Positions 28,454 to 38,300 of a stretch of 64,000 nucleotides of DNA are shown here, piece after piece (position 1 is the first letter of the stretch; each line of letters opens with the position of its first letter). Origin of the DNA: Bacteroidota bacterium (lineage in GTDB: Bacteria > Bacteroidota > Bacteroidia > Bacteroidales > VadinHA17); contig JAYEGY010000122.1 of assembly GCA_034659275.1 (NCBI GenBank), positions 29,512 through 93,511 on the forward strand. The letters run 5' to 3'. The position numbers were made by a program, and so were the translations under genes. A model generated the notes under the pieces. The model saw nothing but the letters and a program-made list of their open reading frames with translations. It was not told the origin of the DNA and searched no databases.

Positions 28454-28987
28454 TTATTTAAAGTTCTCCAGCTTTTTGCGCAGGAAAGACCTTGCGCGTG
28501 AATACTGTGATTTAGATGTATTTATGTCTATATCAAGCATTTCTGCTATCTCTTTATGTTTATATCCCTCAATGGCGTAAAGATTAAAGATTACTTTATA
28601 TCCCGGGGGCAGTAAATCCAGCACTTTCTGGAGCTCGTCCGTAGTGTACCTTGAATCGCCGATACTACTTTCACCTGCCTCACTGGTATATAATTCCTCG
28701 ATCTCAATATAATGCTTGTGTTTGAGATTCTTATGATAATAGGTTATAGCGGTATTAATCACTATACGCCTCATCCAGCCTATAAAAGAACCCTCTCCGC
28801 TGTAATCCTTTATATTCAGATAAATTTTGAGCAAACTTTCCTGGAGAATGTCTTCAGCTTCCGGAACATCTGTTGCATACCTAACACATATTCCCATCAG
28901 CATTCCCGAATATTTCTCAAATAGTAACTTCTGAGATAGTTTGTCATGTTTCAGACATCCTTCGAGTATTTGCCCGTCGCTTATCAT
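28454..28987 (-). CDS. ECF-type RNA polymerase sigma-70 factor
   Basis: 177 aa. Region 2 reads 'AEDILQESLLKIY'. The region 4 HTH reads 'YKHKEIAEMLDIDINTSKSQYSRAR'. Confidence 0.85.
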   Translation of the reverse strand: MISDGQILEGCLKHDKLSQKLLFEKYSGMLMGICVRYATDVPEAEDILQESLLKIYLNIKDYSGEGSFIGWMRRIVINTAITYYHKNLKHKHYIEIEELYTSEAGESSIGDSRYTTDELQKVLDLLPPGYKVIFNLYAIEGYKHKEIAEMLDIDINTSKSQYSRARSFLRKKLENFK

Positions 28988-29240
28988 TACGGAGACCAGA
29001 TTATAGACCAGTGATTAAACAAAATGGTTGCACAAATTTACCATCTTAATGAAAATATTATCGTTTATCCAACAACATTTTTATACCCACAATGGTTATA
29101 ACTAATAATTTTCCATTTTAGTTTGTTAAAGATATTATATTAACATGAAAATTATTTCATTGGATTTAGAATTCAATTTTTTGTCAATTTAAAAAAAATT
29201 AAATAGATTCATTATTTTCAACAGGTTTATTGCTTCAATA

Positions 29241-30125
29241 TTGCCATATTTCCCGAAGAAATTCGTATGGTTATTTTCAAAGCCTTATGTGGCTGGAGAG
29301 AGTGTGCATGATGCCATAAGGATAGCCAGGGAGTTTAATTCCAGGGGCATAAAAGTCACTCTGGATGTACTTGGTGAGTTCATCAAGACCCTTGAGGAAG
29401 CTGAAGATAACAAAAAAGAGTATCTTGAGCTCATCGACCTGGCAGAAAAGGAAAAGATAAACGGAAATTACTCAATCAAGCCAAGCAGTTTCGGTCTGCT
29501 CCTTGACAAGGAGGTATGTTACGATCATTTGAGGGAAGTTGTACAGAAGGCCGCTGAATATGATAATTTTATAAGGATTGACATGGAAGACTCGCCATGC
29601 ACAGATCTTGAGATAGAATTATTCAGGAAGCTGAAGACAGAGTTTCCTAAAAATGTAGGCCTTGTTTTCCAGGCTTATCTTAAACGAACGCTTGACGATA
29701 TTAAAGGATTAATGGATCTCAACTCTGAAGAAACACCTCTTAATTACAGGATATGTAAGGGTATATATGTTGAACCTGCTGAAATAGCATTTAAGAAGTA
29801 CGAAGATATCAATGACAATTTTCTCAAAATAGTGGAATATTTATTCCGGAATAAGCTGTATGCTTCCATTGCCACACATGATAAAGCGCTGATAGCAGGC
29901 TCATACGAACTCATCAATAAATATAATGTACCGGATAACATGTATGAGTTCCAGATGCTTTACGGTGTCACCCCGGGATTAAGGCAAAGCATAATTGACA
30001 GGGGTCATTTAATGAGAATATATATTCCTTTCGGCAAGGACTGGTTTGGATATTCAACCAGGCGCCTCAAGGAAAACCCGAAGATGGCTTCTCATATCAT
30101 AAAGGCCATATTTTATAAAGGCTGA
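29241..30125 (+). CDS. Proline dehydrogenase family protein (monofunctional)
   Basis: 294 aa with a PRODH TIM-barrel pattern ('ISIKPSSFGL', 'IRIDMEDS', 'RICKGIY', 'FQMLYGV', 'YIPFG..W..Y..RRL.ENP'). The start is a TTG and the N-terminus is uncertain. Confidence 0.7.
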   Translation: MPYFPKKFVWLFSKPYVAGESVHDAIRIAREFNSRGIKVTLDVLGEFIKTLEEAEDNKKEYLELIDLAEKEKINGNYSIKPSSFGLLLDKEVCYDHLREVVQKAAEYDNFIRIDMEDSPCTDLEIELFRKLKTEFPKNVGLVFQAYLKRTLDDIKGLMDLNSEETPLNYRICKGIYVEPAEIAFKKYEDINDNFLKIVEYLFRNKLYASIATHDKALIAGSYELINKYNVPDNMYEFQMLYGVTPGLRQSIIDRGHLMRIYIPFGKDWFGYSTRRLKENPKMASHIIKAIFYKG

Positions 30126-30132
30126 GGTGGTT

Positions 30133-30166
30133 ACCGTAGAGACGTTGCATGCAACGTCTCTACGGT
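30133..30166. terminator. Perfect 34-nt palindrome (17-bp stem) between convergent genes, followed by a second 6-bp hairpin (30170-30186)
   Basis: ACCGTAGAGACGTTGCA|TGCAACGTCTCTACGGT. The second hairpin is ATCGGT-TTTTT-ACCGAT. Confidence 0.55.
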
Positions 30167-30186
30167 TGGATCGGTTTTTTACCGAT

Positions 30187-30621
30187 TCAACGATTCAACA
30201 TATCTTTATTAATTCTTTCCCTGTATAATTCTTTCATCCTTTCGATATCTTTCTGCGGAATCATTGGCCTGGGAGGTTCGGGTTTTTCCGGCAGTCCTTT
30301 TGAGAAAAATAATATTCCTGCGGTGAATGCATTGCCCCGGAGGGTATCTGAGGGAGTATAAATAAAGTCCCGGTAACCGACATGCGAAAACTTTATGGTA
30401 TCATCTTTTTCAATATACAGGGAAAACTCTCCTTTTTCATCAGTTACGTTACCCACAGCCTTATTCAGGATAAAGTGAGTATTTGGCAGGGGCTCCAGGC
30501 TGGCTGCATCCATTACCACTCCCTGAAAAAGGATAAGCTTTGCTCTTTCCTGTTGCTGGGCCGACATAAACGACAGGTTCAGCAAAAGGATGACAAATAC
30601 CATATTTAGCTTCCTTGTCAT
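30187..30621 (-). CDS. Carboxypeptidase-regulatory-like domain protein (secreted)
   Basis: Signal peptide. 'GVVMDAASLEPLPNTHF...TDEKGEFSL......I.FSHVGY' is a CarboxypepD_reg-like pattern. Confidence 0.55.
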   Translation of the reverse strand: MTRKLNMVFVILLLNLSFMSAQQQERAKLILFQGVVMDAASLEPLPNTHFILNKAVGNVTDEKGEFSLYIEKDDTIKFSHVGYRDFIYTPSDTLRGNAFTAGILFFSKGLPEKPEPPRPMIPQKDIERMKELYRERINKDMLNR

Positions 30622-30630
30622 TCTTATGGC

Positions 30631-31203
30631 TCATAAATCAATCACCAGGTCATCAAGGTTTCTTTTAGGCACATGATGGACATCCTCACTATCTCTCCAG
30701 TATTTAATATTACCTTCTTTTACTTCATCTATAACAACCTTCTCCCGCGGTTTACCCAATGCTATAATAAGTAATATTTCATAACTGGCAGGTATCTTAA
30801 GGTCAACTCTAAGCTTATCCCTGTCAATGGATGCTATTATACATCCCCCGTATCCTTTCTCCGTTGCTCCCAGTGTTATGCTCTGGGCTGCTATCCCATG
30901 ATCGACTCCAAAAGAATCGCTTATGGCAGTATCTCCAAGAATAATTATGTAAGCTGAGGGTTGTTCTCCTTTTTCCGGTCCTTCCCAGTCTTCCAGGTAC
31001 CCTGCCCATTTTGTCAATGGGAAGACGGTATCACATGTGAAGGGATCATTCACAATTATAAATTTCAGAGCCTGTTTATTCGATCCTGAAGCTGATAAAC
31101 GGGCCAGTTTTACCATTTCAAGGAGCTCTTCCCTGGAAATTTTCTTATCCTGGTAGAAACGCCGGCAGCTTCTGTTTTTTAATACAAGCTTATTCAGATC
31201 CAT
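30631..31203 (-). CDS. Nitroreductase family protein
   Basis: 'KNRSCRRF' and 'RLSASGSNKQALKF' are nitroreductase N-terminal motifs. The ATG at 31203 is preferred because the longer ORF overlaps the sod stop. Confidence 0.75.
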   Translation of the reverse strand: MDLNKLVLKNRSCRRFYQDKKISREELLEMVKLARLSASGSNKQALKFIIVNDPFTCDTVFPLTKWAGYLEDWEGPEKGEQPSAYIIILGDTAISDSFGVDHGIAAQSITLGATEKGYGGCIIASIDRDKLRVDLKIPASYEILLIIALGKPREKVVIDEVKEGNIKYWRDSEDVHHVPKRNLDDLVIDL

Positions 31204-31204
31204 A

Positions 31205-31780
31205 CTAATATCGTGAAGCAATAATATCCCAGTCAATTATCTCCCAGAAAGATTTTATATAGTCGGGTCGTTTGTTTCTGTAGTCGATATAGTAAGCATG
31301 TTCCCACACATCACAGGTCAGGATAGGTTTGAGCCCGTCACGTAAAGGATTTTCAGCGTTTGATTTCTGGATTATTGAAAGACTCCCGTTATTGTTTTTT
31401 ATAAGCCATGCCCACCCTGAGCCAAAGAGGCTGGCAGCTTCTTCACCAAACTTAATCTTAAATTTATCAAAGGAGCCGAATGATGATTTAATGGCTTCAG
31501 CCAGCTCACCGTCGGGTTCTCTCCGACCATCTTTGGAAAAACTTTCGAAATAAAAAGTATGATTCCATACCTGGGCCCCGTTATTGAAAATAGCACCATC
31601 GGCATTTTTAATTATTGATTCCAGATTGGCATCTTCGAACTGTGTCCCGGGAATAAGGGAATTCAGAGTGTCAACATATTTCTGGTGATGCTTACCATAG
31701 TGGTAATCAATTGTTTCTTCACTTATGTGAGGTTTAAGAGCATCTCTCTCAAATGGCAGTTTTGGTAATTGATGATTCAT
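31205..31780 (-). CDS. sodB: Fe/Mn superoxide dismutase
   Basis: 'LPFERDALKPHIS..T...HYGKHH' and the signature 'DVWEHAYYIDY'. Confidence 0.9.
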   Translation of the reverse strand: MNHQLPKLPFERDALKPHISEETIDYHYGKHHQKYVDTLNSLIPGTQFEDANLESIIKNADGAIFNNGAQVWNHTFYFESFSKDGRREPDGELAEAIKSSFGSFDKFKIKFGEEAASLFGSGWAWLIKNNNGSLSIIQKSNAENPLRDGLKPILTCDVWEHAYYIDYRNKRPDYIKSFWEIIDWDIIASRY

Positions 31781-31805
31781 GATTCTATTTTTTTAAGTTA
31801 TTATT

Positions 31806-31827
31806 ATAAAAATAGGCAATTTTTGCC
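31806..31827 (-). terminator. Small hairpin plus U-tract after mqnD
   Basis: On the minus strand: GGCAA-AAA-TTGCC followed by TATTTTTAT. Confidence 0.4.
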
Positions 31828-31848
31828 AAATAAGCAGGGGAGATTTAG

Positions 31849-32697
31849 TCATTTGGAAGAATGGAAGCCAGCAAAGATATCCCTTCGCACATGAGGTATA
31901 GCATTAAGGGCTTCAGCCTTTTCATAGAGGGTCCGTACCGCATCACGACCCGTTGCGCCCAGGTCCAGGCTAAAGTCATTTACATACATTTTAATATGTT
32001 TTTGCATAACATCAGGTTCCATAGATGCTGCATATTTTCTGACAAAGTCATATGATGATCCGGGATTTTTGTATGCAAAATCAATGCTTGAGGCAAGCAC
32101 TTTTTGCACTTTAAGAGCCACATCATTACCCAGTGTCCTTTTAATAGCTATGCCTCCCAGCGGGATGGGCATTCCTGTTTGTTTCTTCCACACTTCGCCC
32201 AGGTCAGCAATCTTATGGAGCCCTTTAGCCCGGTATGTGAACCTGTTTTCATGGATCAGAAGTCCTGCAGTTGCTTCTCTTTTCAAAACAATGTCTTCAA
32301 TATCAGAGAAAAGATATTCATGTTTCTCGGTCAGCCCCGGGTATATAACACCCATCAGCAAATTTGCCGTTGTGAACCTTCCCGGTATAGCTATCGGTTG
32401 ACCTGCAAGATGATCAGGGTCTACTTTGCCTGCGGCTACCAATAAGGGCCCATTATTGTAAGCCAGTGCTGATCCCGAATTAAGTAAAATATAATTGTCA
32501 GATACATAGGCATAGGCATGATAACTAAGTTTTGTAATATCGACCTCAGTGTTGAAAGCTTTTTTATTCAACTCTTCAACGTCAGTGAGTTCACACTCAA
32601 AGTCCATGTTCAAAGTATCAATCTTACCGTTCAACATCGCATCAAAAATGAAAGTATCATTCGGACAGGTTGATATTCCGAGAGTATATGTTCTCAT
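31849..32697 (-). CDS. mqnD: 1,4-dihydroxy-6-naphthoate synthase (futalosine pathway)
   Basis: 282 aa. The N-terminus 'LGISTCPNDTFIFDAMLNGKID' is typical of MqnD. Confidence 0.75.
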   Translation of the reverse strand: MRTYTLGISTCPNDTFIFDAMLNGKIDTLNMDFECELTDVEELNKKAFNTEVDITKLSYHAYAYVSDNYILLNSGSALAYNNGPLLVAAGKVDPDHLAGQPIAIPGRFTTANLLMGVIYPGLTEKHEYLFSDIEDIVLKREATAGLLIHENRFTYRAKGLHKIADLGEVWKKQTGMPIPLGGIAIKRTLGNDVALKVQKVLASSIDFAYKNPGSSYDFVRKYAASMEPDVMQKHIKMYVNDFSLDLGATGRDAVRTLYEKAEALNAIPHVRRDIFAGFHSSK

Positions 32698-33353
32698 GTC
32701 ATTATATCGTTAAAATATTTTACAAGCTTCTTTCCAAGCTGCTCAAGTGCAAGGTTTATATCCCATAAAGCTTTATTCCTGGGCCCGACCATATTTGAAA
32801 CCGATCTAATACCAATACATGGTATTCCTTGTTTATTACATACATAGTAGGCTGCAGCACCTTCCATGCTTTCTATATCAGGATCATACTCTGAGCGGAT
32901 CGCATCGAGTCCTTCGGCTGATCCTGTGGAGACACCTACTGTTACTCCTTTAACAGGTATAAGGTCTGGTGTCAGCTTCTGTACAATGTCAGTGCTGGCA
33001 TAATAAGTACCGGAAGGGGTATAGTCATCATCAACATTTTCGATACCTGCCCTGCTGATAGGAATGAATCCTTTGCCGTCACACACCCCCAGATCAGCAA
33101 AACTGTCTGTTACCGGAACAACCACAGTACCAGGGGTCAGATTTTCATTGTAACTGCCTGCTATACCAATATTTATCAGCAGGTCAGGTTTATCATTTTC
33201 TGCAAGGTAATTCATTATCGCATATACTGTTGATACCGGGCCTATACCACTTATTAGCCTGGACGGCACCATTTTGAGGTAATTTTCTTCTACTCTACCC
33301 AAACATTCGATCTCCCTTGCAGTAGCTGCCGTTATTAAAACATTTTTGATCAT
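32694..33353 (-). CDS. mqnB: Futalosine hydrolase-like nucleosidase
   Basis: 219-aa PNP/MTAN-fold pattern ('GIAGS', 'ESMEGAA'). It overlaps mqnD by 4 nt. Confidence 0.6.
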   Translation of the reverse strand: MIKNVLITAATAREIECLGRVEENYLKMVPSRLISGIGPVSTVYAIMNYLAENDKPDLLINIGIAGSYNENLTPGTVVVPVTDSFADLGVCDGKGFIPISRAGIENVDDDYTPSGTYYASTDIVQKLTPDLIPVKGVTVGVSTGSAEGLDAIRSEYDPDIESMEGAAAYYVCNKQGIPCIGIRSVSNMVGPRNKALWDINLALEQLGKKLVKYFNDIMT

Positions 33354-33443
33354 CCGGTACCTTTAATTGTCAAGTAATGAATAAAGATATTGTTTTTCCG
33401 GATAAAAAGGGGCAAATTTGAATCCGACTAAAACAGGAAGGAT

Positions 33444-33854
33444 ATGATCTATCTAACCAGAAGGGAAAGGTTCAGTGCTGCTCACCGGATGTTCAGGCCC
33501 GATTTCAGTGATGAAAAAAATGCAGAAGTGTACGGGCCGTGTTCAAACCCGGAATGGCATGGTCATAATTATGAGTTATTTGTCACTGTCAGGGGTAAAA
33601 TGGACAAAGAGCTTGGCTATGCTATGAACCTTAAAAAGCTCAAGAAGATAATTATTGAACATGTCATAGAACCTCTTGATCATAAGAATATTAATACCGA
33701 GGTTGATTTCATGAAAGGCAAGCTGGCATCCACCGAGAATATTGCAATAGCTATATGGGAAGTTCTGGAACCTAAGATAAGGGAAGAAGGTGTAGAATTG
33801 CATTGCGTTAAAATCACTGAAACAGAAAATAATTACATTGAGTATTACGGTTAA
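33444..33854 (+). CDS. queD: 6-carboxytetrahydropterin / 6-pyruvoyltetrahydropterin synthase family protein
   Basis: 136 aa with 'FSAAHR' and 'C....WHGHNY' motifs. Adjacent to folE. Confidence 0.75.
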   Translation: MIYLTRRERFSAAHRMFRPDFSDEKNAEVYGPCSNPEWHGHNYELFVTVRGKMDKELGYAMNLKKLKKIIIEHVIEPLDHKNINTEVDFMKGKLASTENIAIAIWEVLEPKIREEGVELHCVKITETENNYIEYYG

Positions 33855-33865
33855 ATTACTAAACA

Positions 33866-34504
33866 ATGGAAATAATAAACAATGGATCAGGACTAAAAGA
33901 TAATGGAGGTTATAATAAGGTTGAATCATGGGGCGATGAAAAGACCAATAAAATGGCGGATCTGTACCGGCAAATATTAGAGTTAATTGGGGAGGATGCC
34001 CTCAGGGAGGGCTTACAGAACACCCCTTTAAGGGTGGCAAAAGCCATACAGTTTTTAACCCAGGGATATAATCACGATCCTCATGAAATTCTCAGGGGTG
34101 CCATGTTCCGTGAAGATTACAGGCAGATGGTTATTGTTAAAGACATTGAACTTTTTTCACTTTGTGAGCATCATATGCTACCCTTTTTCGGGAAAGCACA
34201 CGTAGCCTATATCCCGGATAAATACATTACCGGTTTAAGCAAGCTGGCCAGGGTTACCGAAGCCTATGCCAGGCGCCTGCAGGTGCAGGAAAGATTAACC
34301 AACCAGATAAGGGACTGTATACAGGATACACTTGATCCACTGGGGGTGGCGGTTGTAATTGAAGCCCAGCATATGTGCATGCAAATCAGGGGTGTACAAA
34401 AGCAACACTCTGTTACAACAACGTCAGCTTTTACCGGTTGTTTTTTAAAACACCTGCCTACCCGTCAAGAATTTACTCATTTAATAGGATCTAATTTACA
34501 CTAG
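33866..34504 (+). CDS. folE: GTP cyclohydrolase I
   Basis: '[19 protein letters not shown]' and '[12 protein letters not shown]' signatures. Confidence 0.9.
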   Translation: MEIINNGSGLKDNGGYNKVESWGDEKTNKMADLYRQILELIGEDALREGLQNTPLRVAKAIQFLTQGYNHDPHEILRGAMFREDYRQMVIVKDIELFSLCEHHMLPFFGKAHVAYIPDKYITGLSKLARVTEAYARRLQVQERLTNQIRDCIQDTLDPLGVAVVIEAQHMCMQIRGVQKQHSVTTTSAFTGCFLKHLPTRQEFTHLIGSNLH

Positions 34505-34505
34505 T

Positions 34506-35393
34506 ATGAAAGCATATGTTTTCCCCGGACAGGGAGCACAATTCAGCGGTATGGGAAAAGACCTGTATGAATCAGATGATAAATTCAGGGAAATGTTTGA
34601 TAAGGGAAATGATATTCTCGGTTTCGATATAACGGATATAATGTTTAACGGGACCGACAGTGACCTGAAGCAAACTAAGGTGACCCAGCCGGCCATATTT
34701 CTTCATTCCACAATACTGGCTGAAGCCCTGGGTGACAAATGTGTGCCTGATATGGTTGCCGGTCATTCCCTGGGTGAGTTTTCTGCCCTGGTGGCAAACG
34801 GCACCCTCAGGTTTGAAGACGGACTAAGGCTGGTGGCCCAACGGGCACATGCGATGCAGAAAGCTTGTGAGACAAGACCATCAACCATGGCTGCAATCAT
34901 AGGCCTCGAGGATAACATAGTGGAAGAAGTGTGTGAATCAATAGATGACATAGTAATACCTGCCAATTATAATTCACCCGGCCAGATTGTAATTTCAGGA
35001 TCTGTTGAAGGTGTAGACCAGGCCATAGAGATCTTAAAACAAAAAGGTGCCCGTATGACAGTTAAGCTTGCAGTTGGTGGTGCCTTCCACACCCAGCTAA
35101 TGGAACCGGCCAGGCTCGAACTGGAAAAGGCTATCAATGAGACCCACTTTTCTGATCCTTCATGCCCGGTTTACCAGAATGCTTCTGCCAAAGCGGTAAG
35201 CAACCCCAATCAGATCAGGGCCAACCTGGTGGCACAGCTCACTTCACCTGTGAAATGGACACAGACAATACTCAATATGATAAGGGATGGAGCCGATCAC
35301 TTCACTGAAGTAGGGCCCGGAAATGTATTGCAAGGATTAATAAAGAAAACTGACAAGACAGTAGCAGTGGATTCGGCCAGCAAATTTGTTTAA
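34506..35393 (+). CDS. fabD: Malonyl-CoA:ACP transacylase
   Basis: 'FPGQGAQ' and the active site 'GHSLGEFSAL'. Confidence 0.9.
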   Translation: MKAYVFPGQGAQFSGMGKDLYESDDKFREMFDKGNDILGFDITDIMFNGTDSDLKQTKVTQPAIFLHSTILAEALGDKCVPDMVAGHSLGEFSALVANGTLRFEDGLRLVAQRAHAMQKACETRPSTMAAIIGLEDNIVEEVCESIDDIVIPANYNSPGQIVISGSVEGVDQAIEILKQKGARMTVKLAVGGAFHTQLMEPARLELEKAINETHFSDPSCPVYQNASAKAVSNPNQIRANLVAQLTSPVKWTQTILNMIRDGADHFTEVGPGNVLQGLIKKTDKTVAVDSASKFV

Positions 35394-38300
35394 GCATTAT
35401 AAGCATTTGTTGTATTATTACCTTTATCTTTCCCTGGCTTCATTATAACACCCTTATGTATCCTGCCGTCGATCATTATACTCAAGGGTTTATCAAACCT
35501 TACATGCCTAATATATTCATCCTGGTAAACATGAGGGGTATTATTCAGGAAGTCAACATCATAATAACCATCATCAATAAACGGATTTATAGTGAAGTAG
35601 CCCACCCTGAAAGATGTTATATTCTGAAAGAAATGTGTACCCTGGCTTGGATCTATACGGTAATTGGGCAATCCTGATTCAACTATTACCCTTGCCTGAG
35701 ATATATGTGGCCACTTAATAGGTATACCAAGCCAGGGGTCTGTTGATCCCCAGCGACCCGGTCCTATCAGGACATAATTCTTAGCATCCTTTATAAATTC
35801 CCTGTTGATCTTATCAATTACGTCAACCATCTTTTCATTATTGACTGCTTTGAATGATTCAGGTTTAACATAAATAAGGTCATAAATACCTCTTATCCTG
35901 CCGTTGCCAAGTGCAGAATCGGACATGATAATGGTGTCTTCTTTATTCACTTTTTCCAGATCTATTTTACCTGACTGGTCACTTTCCACAGTAGGTCTTA
36001 TCTGGAGGAAGTTAAAAATATTGGGAAGGCTTGATTCGGTTTCGAGATTAGCCGCAAATTCAATCTCAACAGGGTTACCCATTTCCTTCTGCCCCAGTTC
36101 AAGGAGGAAATCCAGCGCCTCAGCCAGTGGAAATGAACTGTATTTAAGGATATTATCAAATGTTATTATTCGTTTACCCTTAAGAGAGATGCCGGGCCTT
36201 ATAATATTATTATGGAGGTCGTATGTTGAAGCAACTTTCTTTAATGTGCTCTTACTGATATCATCATTTATTTTAAGCTTTTTGATATTTACCCCGTCAT
36301 CAACTGAAGGAACAAAGCTATCAGTATCGAGGTCAAGGGCATAATAAAGTTTCTGGGTTTCTTTAAGAGTTGTAGACGGTGAACTAAGCTGTAACACTTT
36401 TGCAGGGTATTTCGGGGAGAAACGAAGCGACACCCCGCCATCAACTATAAGTTTCCCCAGTCCCATTGCAATATTGGCTATTCCATCCTCAGCTTTTTCC
36501 GAGCCTATAGGATAAAAATTGATTGACCGTGCCACGCCGGACAGAGTGGGGTAATAGATATTATCATGCCTGTTACCACATACCTCCTGGATAATAATTC
36601 CCATTTTCTCTTCGTCAATTACATTTGCAGTTGCAGTCATATAAGCTTTGCTACTCTTATAATACACAGAGGCATATACTTCTTTTATTGCATCTGAGAG
36701 CATCTTCACCATCACAGGATTATCGCCGACACGTGGTAACATATAGGTTGAATAAATACCTGCAAATGGCTGGTAGTGGCTGTCTTCAAGCTTACTGGAC
36801 GATCTCACGGCCAGGGGATATGTTCTTGAAACCGACAGGAAGGCATACAGGTCCTGGTATACCCACCCCGGAAGTTCAGCATCCACGAACTTTTTCAGTA
36901 TTTCTTCATCGGGCAGGTCACTTATTCCAACCGAGTACAGGTTGTTTCTCTCCATAAATTCATCGAATACATCGGTACTGAGCACAACGGTACGGGGTAT
37001 TGTAATAAGTGTTCCAGGGTATTTATGGAATAATTTCTTTTTCTTAATAAGGCTGTTAATGAAAGCAAGGCCCCGGGCTTTGCCCCCTATTGATCCTTCA
37101 CCTATCCTGCTGAAAATCTGATATTCATCGAAAGTATTACGGTCAAATTTAGCAATTACACCCCTGCCCTTACCCAGCCTGAAGCTTGAGATTGCCACAT
37201 AGATAAACCTCCTCATATCTTCCATTGAGTCAAAATCTTCCATTTTGATAAACTTGAAAAGCTGTGCAACAGGGAACAGCGCCCTGGCATTCAGCCACTT
37301 AGAAAAATGGTTTCGCTCAGCATGATAGAAAAGAGATTTATCGGAAAGGGTTAGTAGTTTTTGCTGGAAACTCTGCAGGTCGGTAGCAATACCGATTGTT
37401 TCCATGGTATCCGGATCTCTGAAAATAAAAGGCCCAAATGCCAGGTTCTGGATAATAAAATTTCTCAGTTCTATTGAGAGATTCTTGGAATACTTATTCA
37501 AGAATCCCACTTCCAGTTCATCGGCGATTTTTTTTGATTTAATATCCGATGATTGAAGGAGTAATGGCATATTGCTTTCATCCTTCTTTATTAATTTAAT
37601 GAGGTCAATCCCGGCATCATCCTTTAGCTTACCTTCTTTCTTATAGGAGATATCGGAGATTATTCCCAGCAAATTGTATTTATATTTTTCATATAGGGCT
37701 ATAGCATCCTCATAATTTGTAGCCAGTAATATCTTGGGACGACCCCGCATTTTCAGCATTTTCTGGTGCGGATTAAGTGCTTCCTGCTGAAAATCCCTTG
37801 ACTGTTTAAGAATTATTTTATAAAGGTTTGGCAAGTAAGTAGATATATAACGTATTGAATCTTCCACAAAAATTATGGCCTGTACACCCACTACTTCAAT
37901 ATCATGCTCGGCATTCATCCTGTCTTCCAGCAGTTTGATAATAGCCAATAGAAGGCTGGCCTCACCCAGCCAGCAAAAAATATAATCAACAGCACTGAGA
38001 TCTTCCCTCTGCAACCGCAGTGATACTTCACGGGAAAAATAGGTAAGGGCAACAATAGGGGTGGAAGGGCATTTACCTTTTATCTTACGTGCAATGGCAA
38101 AAACATCTTTTTCCCTGAAGTTAAGCATGGAAATAACAAGGTCAATTTTTTCCTCATTCAGGATTTTCATTGCTTCACTTTCACTATCGGTCTGTACAAA
38201 AGATGGGGGGTATCTCAGGTTAAGTGATACATACTCATTAAAGATCTGCTCATCGATACGGCCATCTTCTTCGAGCATATAATTATCATAGTTGCTGCAT

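Noticed and set aside
30149-30361. 70-aa plus-strand ORF starting inside the 34-nt palindrome
   Set aside because: It is antisense to the carboxypeptidase-regulatory-like gene and begins within a terminator hairpin, so it has no support as a gene.
31205-33353. sod, nitroreductase and mqnD/mqnB as a possible oxidative-stress/quinone 'island'
   Set aside because: These are ordinary housekeeping genes. mqnA and mqnC are simply not in the window. There are no compositional or mobility signals.
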